Position numbers and translations under genes: made by a program. The notes under the pieces were generated by a model. It did no database searches, was not told the origin of the DNA, and saw nothing but the letters and a program-made list of their open reading frames with translations. A stretch of 48,037 nt of DNA, taken from positions 85,443,935 through 85,491,971 of the forward strand of contig NC_068990.1 of the NCBI RefSeq assembly GCF_001194135.2, read 5' to 3'. Below are positions 24,701 through 36,645 of this stretch, in pieces. Source of the DNA: Octopus bimaculoides (taxonomy: Eukaryota). Position 1 is the stretch's first letter, and each line of letters begins with the position of its first letter.

Positions 24701-25554
24701 CTGTTATTTACTATTTACTTATCCCAAGAAAGTATAAAAAATCGTTAATGTTCCCTTTAATCTTTGCTTTCGTTACATTTATTCAAAACCCAAAGAATCC
24801 CCCTCAACACATGGCTATGATGCTCCCCTACTACTCCTGCTCCTGATCAGAGATGCACATATTGTTAGCCTCTAATGGACATGCTCAATTAGTTATGGGT
24901 CAAGCAAGTAACAAGTGCATCTGCTAATAACTGGGAATTTTCATATAATTATATCGAAATCTGTGGTCCCGCGTTCCATATTAGTTTTCCATATCCAGTT
25001 TTCCTTTTTTTAACTTAGAGTATGTAAAACTCGGTTGTCTCTCGCTTATTTCTCTTCTGTCAACTTTTGCCTTGAAAAAAGACACTGCCCGAAACGTTGG
25101 ATTTTCCACTCCTCACGGCAACTTCACTTCTCTTTTTATCGATTTTATTACATAAATATAAGTCTTGCTTACGCAGACCAACACCAGCCTGTTTTTGAGT
25201 CAGTTTGATCGTGCATTCTTTCTTTCATACACAGAAAGAAAGAAAAAGAGAAAAAGAAACAGGCAGACTCATCGAGTCCAGGTTTGATGTTGTGTTGACT
25301 GGATTAAAACAAGACAGAAATGTGAGCTTTCTATTAAGGCCTAAGCTCACTCTTTGGCTGATTTGAACTCAACACTGCGAACTTATAAAGTGTGTGGTAA
25401 TTTTTTTTTTCGTCATTCTGTGTCTACAGGCGTCGGTAATTATGGGTCTCCTTGCCTACAGCAGTCGTTTCTTGTTGCCTTCTGCCGGTCAATTAATCAT
25501 ATTTTCTATCGGCCTCGGATTCTTTCACGCATGCCCTTGAGGCGCAAGACATAT

Positions 25555-25930
25555 TTAGCTTGGAACCTTGGGTAACTGACTTCTACTAGTACCCCCACCC
25601 CCGAGCAGGGTGGGGGCTATGCCTTGAGGGTGAATTTGGTTGACGGAAAGTGCGTGGAAGCCGTGTGTGTGTGCGCGCGCGCGCATGTGTATGTGTGTGT
25701 GCATATGTGTGTGTATGTGTGCGTGCGTGTCTTTCTGTTTGTCCCCCAGCACCAACCGGTGTTGGTTTGTTTACTTCCCCGTAACTTAGTGGTTCGGCAA
25801 TAGAGAACGATTGAGGGAGAACCAGACTCTAAAATAGGTACTGGGTATGATTTATTCGACTAAATCCTTCAAGGCGGTGCCCCAGCATGGCCAGGGTCCA
25901 ATGGGTGAAGCAAGTAAAAGATAAAAGATG
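25555..25930 (+). mobile_element. CORE-type SINE, family B, near full length
   Basis: ACCTTGGGTAACTGACTTCTAC core, (GT)n middle, and AAGGCGGTGCCCCAGCATGGCC...AAGTAAAAGATAAAAGA tail. Confidence 0.85.
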
Positions 25931-26048
25931 TATTATCAAAAGTGACTTCTGAGGGAGATTTGGCTGCTATTTCTAAAAGCTCGAATGATGTGATCAAATA
26001 TTTTCCAATAAACATGCTGTCAAAGTCATAGGGGAGATAACCACCAGA

Positions 26049-26165
26049 GACCGTCGTGGCCTAATGGTTAAGGTGCTTGGTTCACGATCAAAAGATCGCG
26101 GGTTCATTTCCTGAACAAGGTACTGCATTTTATATTGCTCCAATCTACCCAGCTGTATTATGAAC
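26049..26165 (+). mobile_element. tRNA-derived SINE head (not an intact tRNA)
   Basis: A-box TGGCCTAATGG (26057-26067) and B-box GGTTCATTTCC (26101-26111). The acceptor stem does not close, and SINE body sequence follows. Confidence 0.7.
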
Positions 26166-26703
26166 CAGCCAAGGTTCCGGTGCAAACCCTTGCAGGCCTC
26201 ACCCCACCGGCTATCACTTCTGGATGCTCCGCTGAGTAGAACATGAGACGACCAAGATTCTAACTATGCTCACGGAATACCTATCCATATTCGCCCGTGC
26301 GTAACGGCAGGCTGTACCATACGAAAGCATCTTGACTAAGGACACAAAAGAATGGAATAAACAGAATACGAACCATCAAACCTGCGGTTTGTCAACCTTC
26401 TTTATCTAATACCCGGTGTCAGCCGCTCGACGTAATTCAACATCGTTAGCTGGAATGTGAAGGAGAAAACGCATGGTTAAAGGGAGATAACTCCATAATA
26501 TTTTTAGTTTTTATAGTTTAATACTATTTAGTAACATTTTAGTAACATAATCTCTCTCTCTCTCTCTCCCTCTCTCTCTCCCTATCTCTCTCTTTCTCGT
26601 TTTCTCTCTCCCTCTTTTTTGCACTCTCCCTATATTTCCTGAATCTTTTGTTCTCTACCCACTTGCTCTTTCCCCGTGTTTCACCATCTGGTAATACTAA
26701 TAA

Positions 26704-26775
<72 letters not shown>

Positions 26776-26933
26776 CAGTAGTAATTTTGAAACAATCCGG
26801 ACAATTCCTTCAACAGCGATACATACAAGCGTACATGTATATACACATACCTATACAGTCATATACATTCACACACACATACACGCAAACACACACACAC
26901 ACATAGAGAGAGAGAGAGAGAGANNNNNNNNNN

Positions 26934-26967
<34 letters not shown>

Positions 26968-27254
26968 AAGAAAGAGAGTGTGTGAGAGAGAGATGATGAT
27001 GATGATGATGATGAAATAAACGGCACAGAGGGATGATAAAGAAATTTAAAGAAATCCCAAGATAATTCGCAACGAACTCACACAAACTCAACCTCTGTAG
27101 TTGCCGACCAATTATCATCGTATACTCTATGTCTGTCTATTTGTCTGTCTGTCTGTCTGTCTGTCTGTATGTATGTCTGTATGTATGCGTGTGTGTATAT
27201 ATATATGAATATACGCATGAATAAACGGATGGATAGATGGATGGATGGCTTATA

Positions 27255-27336
27255 CAGGCGTCCCTTGCGTTGCGAAACTCCATATTATGTCAAGATTCTC
27301 AGGAATTCATTACTCCCGTAATTCGGGGTACGCCTG
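27255..27336. mobile_element. 82-bp Tc1/pogo(Tigger)-type MITE
   Basis: Left end CAGGCGTCCCTTGCGTTGCG; right end rc CAGGCGTACCCCGAATTACG; TA on both sides. Confidence 0.65.
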
Positions 27337-27874
27337 TATACGCATATATACATGCATACGTACATATATACAGACATATCTGGAAATGCACATACATATA
27401 TATATATTTATTTATTTATTTATGTATTTATTTATTTATGTGTTTCAGCCAAGTGGCTGCGGTCATGCTGGTGCATGCTGGTATATATATATACCAGTCA
27501 GATGGACAACGTGAATCACGTAGGTAAAGTAAAATTTAGAGGTAATATTTGACAATTGTAAGCACCTGTGTATGCCAGCTCGTGGTTGAGGTGAAAGAAT
27601 AAATTGTAAATTGGTTGAGGTGAATTGAAANNNNNNNNNNNNNNNNNNNNNNNNNNNNNNNNNNNNNNNNNNNNNNNNNNNNNNNNNNNNNNNNNNNNNN
27701 NNNNNNNNNNNNNNNNNNNNNNNNNNNNNNNNNNNNNNNNNNNNNNNNNNNNNNNNNNNNNNNNNNNNNNNNNNNNNNNNNNNNNNNNNNNNNNNNNNNN
27801 NNNNNNNNNNNNNNNNNNNNNNNNNNNNNNNNNNNNNNNNNNNNNNNNNNNNNNNNNNNNNNNNNNNNNNNNNN

Positions 27875-27913
<39 letters not shown>

Positions 27914-29828
27914 TATATACGTATATATATATATATATACATAAATATATCTATATATACATACGTACATATATACATTCATACATATATGTATATACAC
28001 ACACACATGCACATACGTGTGTGTGTATATATATATATGCATACTTGTATAAATATATACACACACACAAACACACATACAAACACATTCATGTATATGC
28101 ACGTATGTCTGTATCCTCATGTATGTGTATGTGTACGTATACACATAAATACACATCCATAAATTCTATCTTTTTTCTGCACTTAGTGACACCCACTTCC
28201 CCTATCAGCCCTGAAACAGTTGCCAGCATCTTCAGTCTTCAGTTATACAGAAACAGACTAGATTAAGAAAATACTGGTTGATCTGGGATCAAAGGCGTTC
28301 TTGATGTGACCATCCTGTTATTCGTCTGTTGGTTCACTGCTTGTAGTAAACTATTCCAATTTCCTCACAATGGGACTTACATAGTTAATCACTTTGTGAC
28401 GAATCAATGAGGAAGCCTCTATGTGATCTCTTGATCTACTAGAAATAGCAGCCAAATCTCTCTCAAATCATACTTCCCTGTTCTTAGAAAAGCGATGAAG
28501 GACACTTTGGATAATGCAGTTATAGATGTCTGAAAAGAATATTTAAAAAAGGACGAGGTGGTCGCGGGTGGGTATCTTTGATCATAGGTATACTCGACCT
28601 ATCTGATTTGGGCCTTAACGACAATGAAAGCAATAGCAACAACGACAACGACAGCAGCAGCAGTAATAAGAACAACAACAACAACCAAGTTTTCGGTTTG
28701 GTTCCCCAACGAAAAGAAGTACACCATACCCAGGCAATCTACAGCACTTCTAAACTTTCCTCAAGTATTTTCACTGACTGATCGTTGTACGGGCCGCAGG
28801 TCGGTTCAACCATAGATAATTCGAGATAAAGTGAATGTCTCGACGTTGTCGCTCGATCTTCTAAAAACAGCAGCTAAATTCCCCGAAACTACACTTACAC
28901 AATCTGAAATGCCTTTCGACAGATCCGAAGCAAAACAACAACAGCTGCTGCAGTAATAGTAACAGTAGTGGCCATAGCTGATTCCAGCCAATGGCAGAGC
29001 CACTGTGTGGTCACATGACCTACTAAAATTAGCAGCCAATTTCCCTGAAATCACACTCTACCCTCTTGAAATGTAAAGACGCACCGGACAGTGGCGATCC
29101 TTGATATGCTATTTACAGCTGGAACGGGTTTCATCGTCAGTTTGCTCGATCGTTGCTGACTTAGTGCTAGATAACCATCACCCAAACAACACTGACAATA
29201 ACTGACCCATCTAAATAAATTCAACCACTTATAGGACGACCTCATTTAAGACACCGGCGACAGTCCAACCGCTTTAGGCCTCCTGCTTGTGGTATCGGGT
29301 GTCACCAGAAATAGTACCAAGAGATACACTTTCTTCCGACTAAAATATGCACCACAGACTGTGAGGTGGTTCAAACGCTGTTTGATTAACGTTTCTTCAC
29401 TGGTGTGTAGTGACGAGTGCTAAAGTATCATGTGGGACAGAGCCAGATTGGAGGGAGACAGAATTTCCGTGATCCAAAACGTTCAAGTTTACCTTGAAAA
29501 ATCTGTTGTTCTTCAGATCTGTCTCACTCAGTTTGTTTGTCATTTAACATCGCAAAATGTATTTGTACTAAAGGTGGTTATCTGGCCCTTTTGGCACACA
29601 TCGTCAGGTGCCGACAACAGAGATGTCGTATGCGAGCGAGTATAGCTTAGTAACACGTAACATGTTTTCGTTAATTGCTTTAAGTACCTCTGTAGTCGTG
29701 AGCAGACATAAATACTTTGTTGATTCATTCCCCTTTGACATGCTCCCCACGCAGCACATCGAGGATGTAAAAGTTGGAAGGAAAGGGAGCAGCACTAGCA
29801 TTCGGCTGATAGTCATTGCAGCTGAGTA

Positions 29829-30580
29829 GACTGAAATTAAGTACCTTGTAGACTGAAATTAAGTACCTTGTAGACTGAAATTAAGTACCTTGTAGACTGG
29901 AACTAAGTATCTTGTAGACTGAAATTAAGTACCTTGTAGACTGAAATTAAATGCCTTGTAGACTGGAACCAAGTATCTTGTAGACTGAAATTAAGTACCT
30001 TGTAGACTGAAATTAAGTNNNNNNNNNNNNNNNNNNNNNNNNNNNNNNNNNNNNNNNNNNNNNNNNNNNNNNNNNNNNNNNNNNNNNNNNNNNNNNNNNN
30101 NNNNNNNNNNNNNNNNNNNNNNNNNNNNNNNNNNNNNNNNNNNNNNNNNNNNNNNNNNNNNNNNNNNNNNNNNNNNNNNNNNNNNNNNNNNNNNNNNNNN
30201 NNNNNNNNNNNNNNNNNNNNNNNNNNNNNNNTGAAATTAAGTACCTTGTAGACTGAAATTAAATGCCTTGTAGACTGGAACCAAGTATCTTGTAGACTGA
30301 AATTAAGTACCTTGTAGACTGAAATTAAGTACCTTGTAGATTGGAACTAAGTATCTTGTAGACTGAAATTAAGTACCTTGTAGACTGAAATTAAATGCCT
30401 TGTAGACTGGAACCAAGTATCTTGTAGACTGAAATTAAGTACCTTGTAGACTGAAATTAAGTGCCCTGTAGACTGAAATTAAGTACCTTGTAGACTGGAA
30501 CTAAGTATCTTGTAGACTGAAATTAAGTACCTTGTAGACTGAAATTAAGTACCTTGTAGACTGAAATTAAGTACCTTTGT
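29829..30580. repeat. 22-bp minisatellite (GACTGAAATTAAGTACCTTGTA) with variant monomers in a 132-bp higher-order unit
   Basis: Monomer order A A A B A A' B' A A [gap] A A' B' A A B* A A' B' A A'' A B A A A. Confidence 0.97.
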
Positions 30581-30699
30581 CTAACTCCATGCTGGCGCAT
30601 TCGAGTAATCTAGTCGATAATTATTAGTTGGACGGAACCTACCTGAACAAATTTAAGAGGCTCCTGTATCTCTCCCATTTAAGAGCTACATTCATCTGA

Positions 30700-31250
30700 T
30701 CCTAGTGTGCGTCTAAGATGGTATTCCAATCCCCTGTATCCAGAAAAGTTTCTCGGTGCCTGAAAAAGTACAGCCATCCTGTCCCTATTAGGACGATCAC
30801 TAACCTCATAGCATCTTCACAGCTCAGAATATATTTCTGGAATGACCTTTGGTACTAACCAGTATTTTTACAAGTCGTTCTTTCTCGTGCAACAACTTCA
30901 TACTATTTCACGGAAACCAGGATTATCCAGAAACCGATTTCCTCTTTCATGCCCCTGACCGTGTCTTCCACCCATATATGAGCACCGAATGTCACTCAAC
31001 CTCGTCCTCCACTCTCAGCACCTAATTATTGTGCTGAGATTCAGACCTCCATTCGACTTAATAGACATCCCGTCACGGATTGAGCAAAGCCTTTTCGAGT
31101 TCTTCTTTCGGAGCAAACCGACGCTCTGACTATTTTCCCGCGAGAAGTAGAGTTACATCACTGTACTCTTCATCCCCTTCTGCATGAACTCCCTTCTCAA
31201 TGAATCATGGTCTTTCGTAACTTCGCCTATCATCCTACATTTTACTGAAT
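30700..31250 (-). mobile_element. Heavily decayed RTE-like LINE remnant
   Basis: Minus-strand fragments RRFAPKEELEK and SVLIYGWKT resemble the RT C-terminal motifs RI..AK.AF and SVLLYGCETW; many stops. Confidence 0.45.
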
Positions 31251-31559
31251 CCTTGTTAAATTTAGGGGCTTTTTTTGTTTTGTTTTAGCTTCCAGCTATA
31301 CAGGCAAAGGATGTTGTTATTACTGCCGCTGGTACAGAATGATACTGCTGATGGTGACAATGTTGGTGGGGTGATATCAACGCTGGGAAAGCTACCGACT
31401 TTCGGTGCTATCATTGACATAATTCCCAGTGATAATATTTACGTTATTGTTCATACGAGTAGTGTTACTGTTGTCATACACCTCGTTTCGCAAAGAATCA
31501 TTTCACCCTTTCTTTTTCTTCTCTTCTTTTTTTTTTTTACAAATAAAAATTATTTTATT

Positions 31560-31700
31560 CATTTGCGTGCACGTGAGCAGGGGTTATTCTGTTTATATTC
31601 CTTTAAGTGTGCAAGGCTGCCTTCGCCGTTTGTGAGAGTCTCCTCTTTCTACTTCCCGCCATCGAAGTCGCCATGTTTATAATAAAAAAAATTCCAAATT
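31560..31700. promoter_or_regulatory. Candidate promoter-like module: E-box, E2F-like and YY1-like motifs
   Basis: CACGTG at 31570-31575, TTCCCGCC at 31653-31660, CGCCATGTT at 31669-31677; locally CpG-rich. Confidence 0.3.
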
Positions 31701-31929
31701 ACATCCCAGGGAGAAAATTCAAACATCAAATCAAGGAACAACAAAAATTAAACTTTATTCCACCTCCAATGGAGCAGAAAACACGAAATTAAATACAAAC
31801 TCCTGTTTAAAACAGTTTACAGTAAAGCAAAAACAGAACAACACCCATCTGAATCACAAATAAAACACAAAGCCCATGAGAAGGAGAATAAATCTTTTTC
31901 CATTAGTAATCTAAATAATAATAATAATA

Positions 31930-32590
31930 ATCCTTTCTACTCTAAGCACAAAGTATGAAATTTCGTGGGAGGAGGTACGTCAATGGCCTCGATGCCAGTA
32001 CATGACTGGTACTTATTTTATCGGCCCCGAGAAAATAAAAGACAAAGTCAACCTCGGTGGTATTTGAAATCAAAGCGTGAAGTCGAACGAAATTCCGTGA
32101 AGTATTTTGTCTGGTGCGCTGACGATTCTCCCAGTTCGCCGCCTTCTAAATAATAATAATAATAATAATAACAATAATAATTGGAGAGAGAGAAGTTTAT
32201 TTTATAGATCTCAGAGCAACGAAATGTAAAGTTGATTTCAACAAGATTTGAACTCGGAACATAAAGAGCTGGAAGAAATACAGAAAGAATTTTGTTTCCC
32301 CGGTGCTCAAACAATTACGCCAGTTTACAACCCTTTTTTTTTTAATCTCATCTAGACACGAGGCCAGCAATTTTGAGGGGAAATGTTAAGTCGATTACAT
32401 TGACCCCTCGACCACCCCCACCCCCATCCACTTCTTGATTGGTACATTATTTATCGACATCGACCTCGAAATGATAAAAGGCCAGGTTGACCACAACAAG
32501 ATTTGAACTCAGAAACATACAGCGCCGGAGTAAATATTGCAAGGTTTTTTTTTTCCGACGCTTCAACGATTCCGCTAAACGTTGCATGAT
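31930..32590 (-). mobile_element. Cluster of three same-orientation family-A SINE copies
   Basis: Repeated TTTATCG(G)ACCCC / GATTTGAACTCAG / AACGATTC blocks separated by (AAT)n. A similar pair lies at 47405-47790. Confidence 0.8.
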
Positions 32591-33934
32591 AAAAAGAATC
32601 TATTAACTGGTCTTTGACCTAAATGACCTTTCTTCTGAAGCTCTGGTATTTATTTGTGATATATGAACTCCAATTGATAAAAGCCCACAGCCTCAACACA
32701 GTGCTGATGATAAGATATGAACCACTGACCTTTTTGCCATTTATCTGGTGTTCCGTCGACTTGGGCTTCCTACACAAGCATACACGCATATGCTCTATAA
32801 CTCTCTCCCTTCTCTCTCTCTCTCTTTCTCTTTCTCTCTATTTCACTAAACCACCATCCCAAAGCCGGATCGGTAATCACAAGGGCTTATAGCTTAGTTT
32901 GTAAACTTGGTTTATAAAATCTTGATAACAGCAGCGCTATGTCTAAACTATTATTTTACTCGCTACATCACCAAAGCCAACCAGCTGTTGGTGACATTGC
33001 TACATCACAAGTTTCCTTATTATATATATATATATATACAAGTATGTGCCCCAATCTCTGTCATCTAACACAAATAGATTCAGGAAGTTGTCTGGCAGAA
33101 AAAAAAGAAAAAAAACGCCTCCCCTTCTTGTTTCCAGTAATAATGACGAAATACTTCGAGATTTGTGAATGTCAAGGAATTTAAAACAGGCACATAACAA
33201 AAATCAACCAACCAACCAAACAAACAAACAAGTTAAAATTAATGAAAATACAAGAGAATGAAAACGAAAATGTAAACTTTTATCATATGTTTCTTATAGT
33301 TGAATGTGTAATGATGGAGATGCGGAGGCGAAGATGCAATGTTTTTTTGTTTTTTTTTATGTAAGATTACGTACTTTTTGTGTCACGTCAAACTGAAATA
33401 TCCTATGAGTAAAATCACATTATTCACTGGGCCATCTCACTTCTCACACAGAGAAGCTTCTAGAAATTGTTGATGAAACCTTTCCAATCACACTCTGCTG
33501 TTTCATAGGATGGAAGTACACATTGGATAATGCAGGATTAAGAGAATATCTCTTTCTGTTACGTGAACATTTCTAGTTCTCTACATTCTTGTGGTCGTTC
33601 TGTATCCTAGAAAAAAAAACGCAAAATTCTCCCGCTCCCACTCTTTCTTACTCTCTATCTGTCTTCATTTTTTCTTCTCACTCACACTCTCTCTCTATCT
33701 ATCTATCTATCTAATTGTCTGCCTGTCTCTGTCGATCTCTCTTCTTCTTACTCTCTATCTATCTCTGTTTTCTCTCTCTCTCTCACTCTTTCTATCTATC
33801 CATCTGTCTGCCTGTCTCTCTCTCCCTCTTCCCCCTNNNNNNNNNNCTCTCTCTCTCTCACTCTTTCTATCTATCCATCTGTCTGCCTGTCTCTCTCTCC
33901 CTCTTCCCCCCTCTCTCTCTCTCCCTTCTTTCAG

Positions 33935-34056
33935 GAAGAATTCATCTGTGGTCAGACCAGACGAAGGATAAGCTCTGTCAGGTCGAAGAATGACCCAGAC
34001 AAACCGTATATCAAAACGGCTCCCCTATGACTCCATCAGGAGTTGAAGCTTCAAGA
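33935..34056 (+). other. Candidate non-coding or poison exon
   Basis: Acceptor CCCTTCTTTCAG|GA and donor AGA|GTAAGA; 122 nt with stops in all frames. The polypyrimidine tract is a (CT)n microsatellite, so the site may be cryptic. Confidence 0.2.
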
Positions 34057-34732
34057 GTAAGACCAAGTCATTCCATCTATTAGTTGGAAGGAAAGGCGTG
34101 TCCATGACCCTTTACAGGGTCCCTAAAACTAGTAGGAGGGAGGAAGTTATCCTCAATCCAGAGACCTGGTCCGATTGTTTGAAATAGAGGGGCCTCTGCT
34201 AAAATGCATCCACTTAGGCCATGGCGGAATTTGAACTCCGATTGATAAAAACCAGAACAAATAACGCAAAACACAGTTCTTACACTCCGCTAATCCATCG
34301 TCCTGGATTAATACTTATCCATTGACCCTAAAAGGATGAAAGGTAAAGTTGCTCTCCAGCGGCATTTGAACTCAGAGCACCGCCTTATGTAATATTTAGG
34401 ACTATATTATGGAATGTGTCGTTTTCTTAAGACGGATGACTAATTCTTTTTCAATGGGCCCATAAACTACAAGGAGACAGCATTTGTCTTTGAAAAAAAG
34501 CTAATACCTATAACTGCAAATCTGGTATACACAGTTGAGACAGTACTAAATTAGAATAGCTCTCTATGTATCATACTGTATGTATATATACACCGTTGAT
34601 AGACCAGTTGCTCTTATGGTCTTGCAATGTTAAAAATACAATAAATATCAGACGGAGAAGAGAAATTACCCCAGCAGCGACCAGCAAGAACACCAGATGT
34701 TTTCTGTCCTTTTGGAACCTTTTCAATGACAG

Positions 34733-34887
34733 ATACTCTCTCCGATATTGAAGGCAACGAATTCTCCTCCAGGCAAGTGGATGGCAGCGAGTGCACGTCA
34801 TTGAAAAGGCCAAAAGAGGCTGCAATGTACCTCGCGTTCCCGCTGACCGCTGTTGCGGCGGTTTTCACCTTCCTCTGCTATTTATAG
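34733..34887 (+). CDS. Probable terminal coding exon ending in a hydrophobic C-terminus (GPI signal or tail anchor): xTLSDIEGNEFSSRQVDGSECTSLKRPKEAAMYLAFPLTAVAAVFTFLCYL*
   Basis: Acceptor TTTTCTGTCCTTTTGGAACCTTTTCAATGACAG|AT, GC-richer than the flanks, 50 open codons, TAG at 34885-34887, and AATAAA at 35046-35051. Confidence 0.5.
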
Positions 34888-36239
34888 TGTTCTTAATACA
34901 GCATTTCCGTAAGAGATGTTATCTCAGGGTGAATACCGCAGTGACTGGCTTATCAATAAGTATATGCAATAAGTATGATGCATAGATGGTCATTTCAATA
35001 CTTACTAGTTTGACAATGCGACCGTAGATATCTTATATTTGCAAAAATAAAAGATGTTGGTCACAGTTGGTACAGTCTTCTCGATCAGAACTAATCTGGA
35101 GCTAAACAACAAGAACAACAACAAGCATCAATACAGCTGCCCTTAATTGCTTTTATAAAGTAGATCACGTAATCCAAAAATAGGAACAATAAATTGATGT
35201 AAGTATACTTTTATGTTGTATTTGCTCGTTTTTCACTCTCATCTTGTCACATTTTTCCTTTTATTTATTTATTTATTTGCATTAATGAGACCCGGCTGTG
35301 AGTCGAATTCCAAGTAGACCCCCCTGTGGAGTTATCATAACAGAAGGGTTGATAACTCAACCTGTTCACAGATATAGCAAGAGATATTAACTAAGTTGGT
35401 ATTTTTTTTTCTTTTACATGTTTCAGTCATTAGACTGCAGCTATGCTGGGGCACCGAACCAGGGATGTGCCGCCTAGGCAGGCAAGGTAGACAGTGTCTA
35501 TGTTGAATAAAATAGATTGATAGCAACATTTTCCGGATCTGTTCAGTTTGGTGCAGAGAAGTTTTTAATTAATTTTTTTTAACTAAACAGTTTGAAACTT
35601 CGTATACTGGTGGAATGTCTTACGCAGAACACGGTTTACTTTGAACATTTTTGACAAAATTTTGTATTTTAGAAGTTGAACATTTTTCCTTTTGTGCACC
35701 TAAGTCAATAAAATTATGAAGGTTACTCTGATTACTATGCATAAAATACAAGATATTTTATGTTTTTGTAAATTAGGTAGGCATAATTTACCCCGGTTTT
35801 TCAATCTCAGTATTTAAGCTATGCATAGTACTGCTGTTGTACACGTGCTGTGTACACTCCTACAACACCGTTTTCTTTACGTGCTAGAAAGGCAGAAGTA
35901 AAACTACCTTCAACTCATTCGCGCGCCTGTGTTTCACTTATTTTTTGTGTGTTTTACTACATAAATGTCATCAACTGCCTACTCTGAGTAACTACTGATG
36001 ACACGTGCCTGCACTGAACATATTTAATACAGGAAGCATTAAAAAAAAAAACTAACTAGAAATAAATATGTAATAGGTGAGAAAAAGCACTGATTGATGT
36101 CCAATATTATTTCTGTTTTTCTGAAAGTACAAGGAGATAACTCCAGGCTTGTTTGAGTCGTACTCTGACCTATGCAGTTAAGCATAGACTTCATCGTATA
36201 TTTTTTTTTTATGACTTTGGAGAGGATTACTGCTAGAAG

Positions 36240-36645
36240 GTCATGGGTGTGGATCCTTGCCATACATTTGGAAAGAGTCAGAAGTGATTGTCAGAGAATT
36301 TCTTTGACTTCACCAGCCCCAGTTTCTGGCCTCTTAATTCCTCTGATTGTAATCCTATGGGTTATTATGTATTGAGCACCATTGAGAAAAGCACTAACCA
36401 CTTCGTCTGCAACACGAAGGCCAAGCTGGTGACCAAAATCAAGGTGTTCAAAGGTCTTCCCAGAGACACAGTGAAGTTCCAAAATCCTTTTGCCGTTGAG
36501 GTGGAAGTTGAAGGTGGTTACTTTGAGTAAACTGCTATTTCTCAGCCATAATCTGGTTAATATTATTTGATTTTTTTTTTTTAATAATTTTATTTTTAGG
36601 TGAAATATTGTTTTGATTTCCTTTCATGCAAACTGTCAAATTGTA
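36240..36645 (+). mobile_element. Decayed maT/mariner-type transposase C-terminus and 3' end
   Basis: DPCHTFGKSQK*LSENFFDFTSPSFWPLNSSDCNPMGYYVLSTIEK...VEVEGGYFE* matches QQDSAP.H...WPPNSPD.NP.DY.VW...GG.FE. Confidence 0.85.

Noticed and set aside
25060-25110. Second hammerhead-like motif (CTTGAAAAAAGACACTGCCCGAAACGTT)
   Set aside because: The core and helix II cannot be formed; at most a decayed Penelope-like end.
26049-26125. tRNA gene
   Set aside because: A and B boxes are present, but the acceptor stem does not pair and SINE body sequence follows.
29829-30580. CRISPR-like array
   Set aside because: Monomers are directly adjacent with no unique spacers, there are no cas genes, and the context is eukaryotic; it is a minisatellite.
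31275-31682. 135-aa plus-strand ORF
   Set aside because: Non-ATG start, runs through a poly-T tract, and has composition typical of degenerate triplet repeats.
33775-33912. Apparent ~60-bp tandem duplication
   Set aside because: The two copies sit on either side of a 10-N gap; most likely an unmerged contig overlap.
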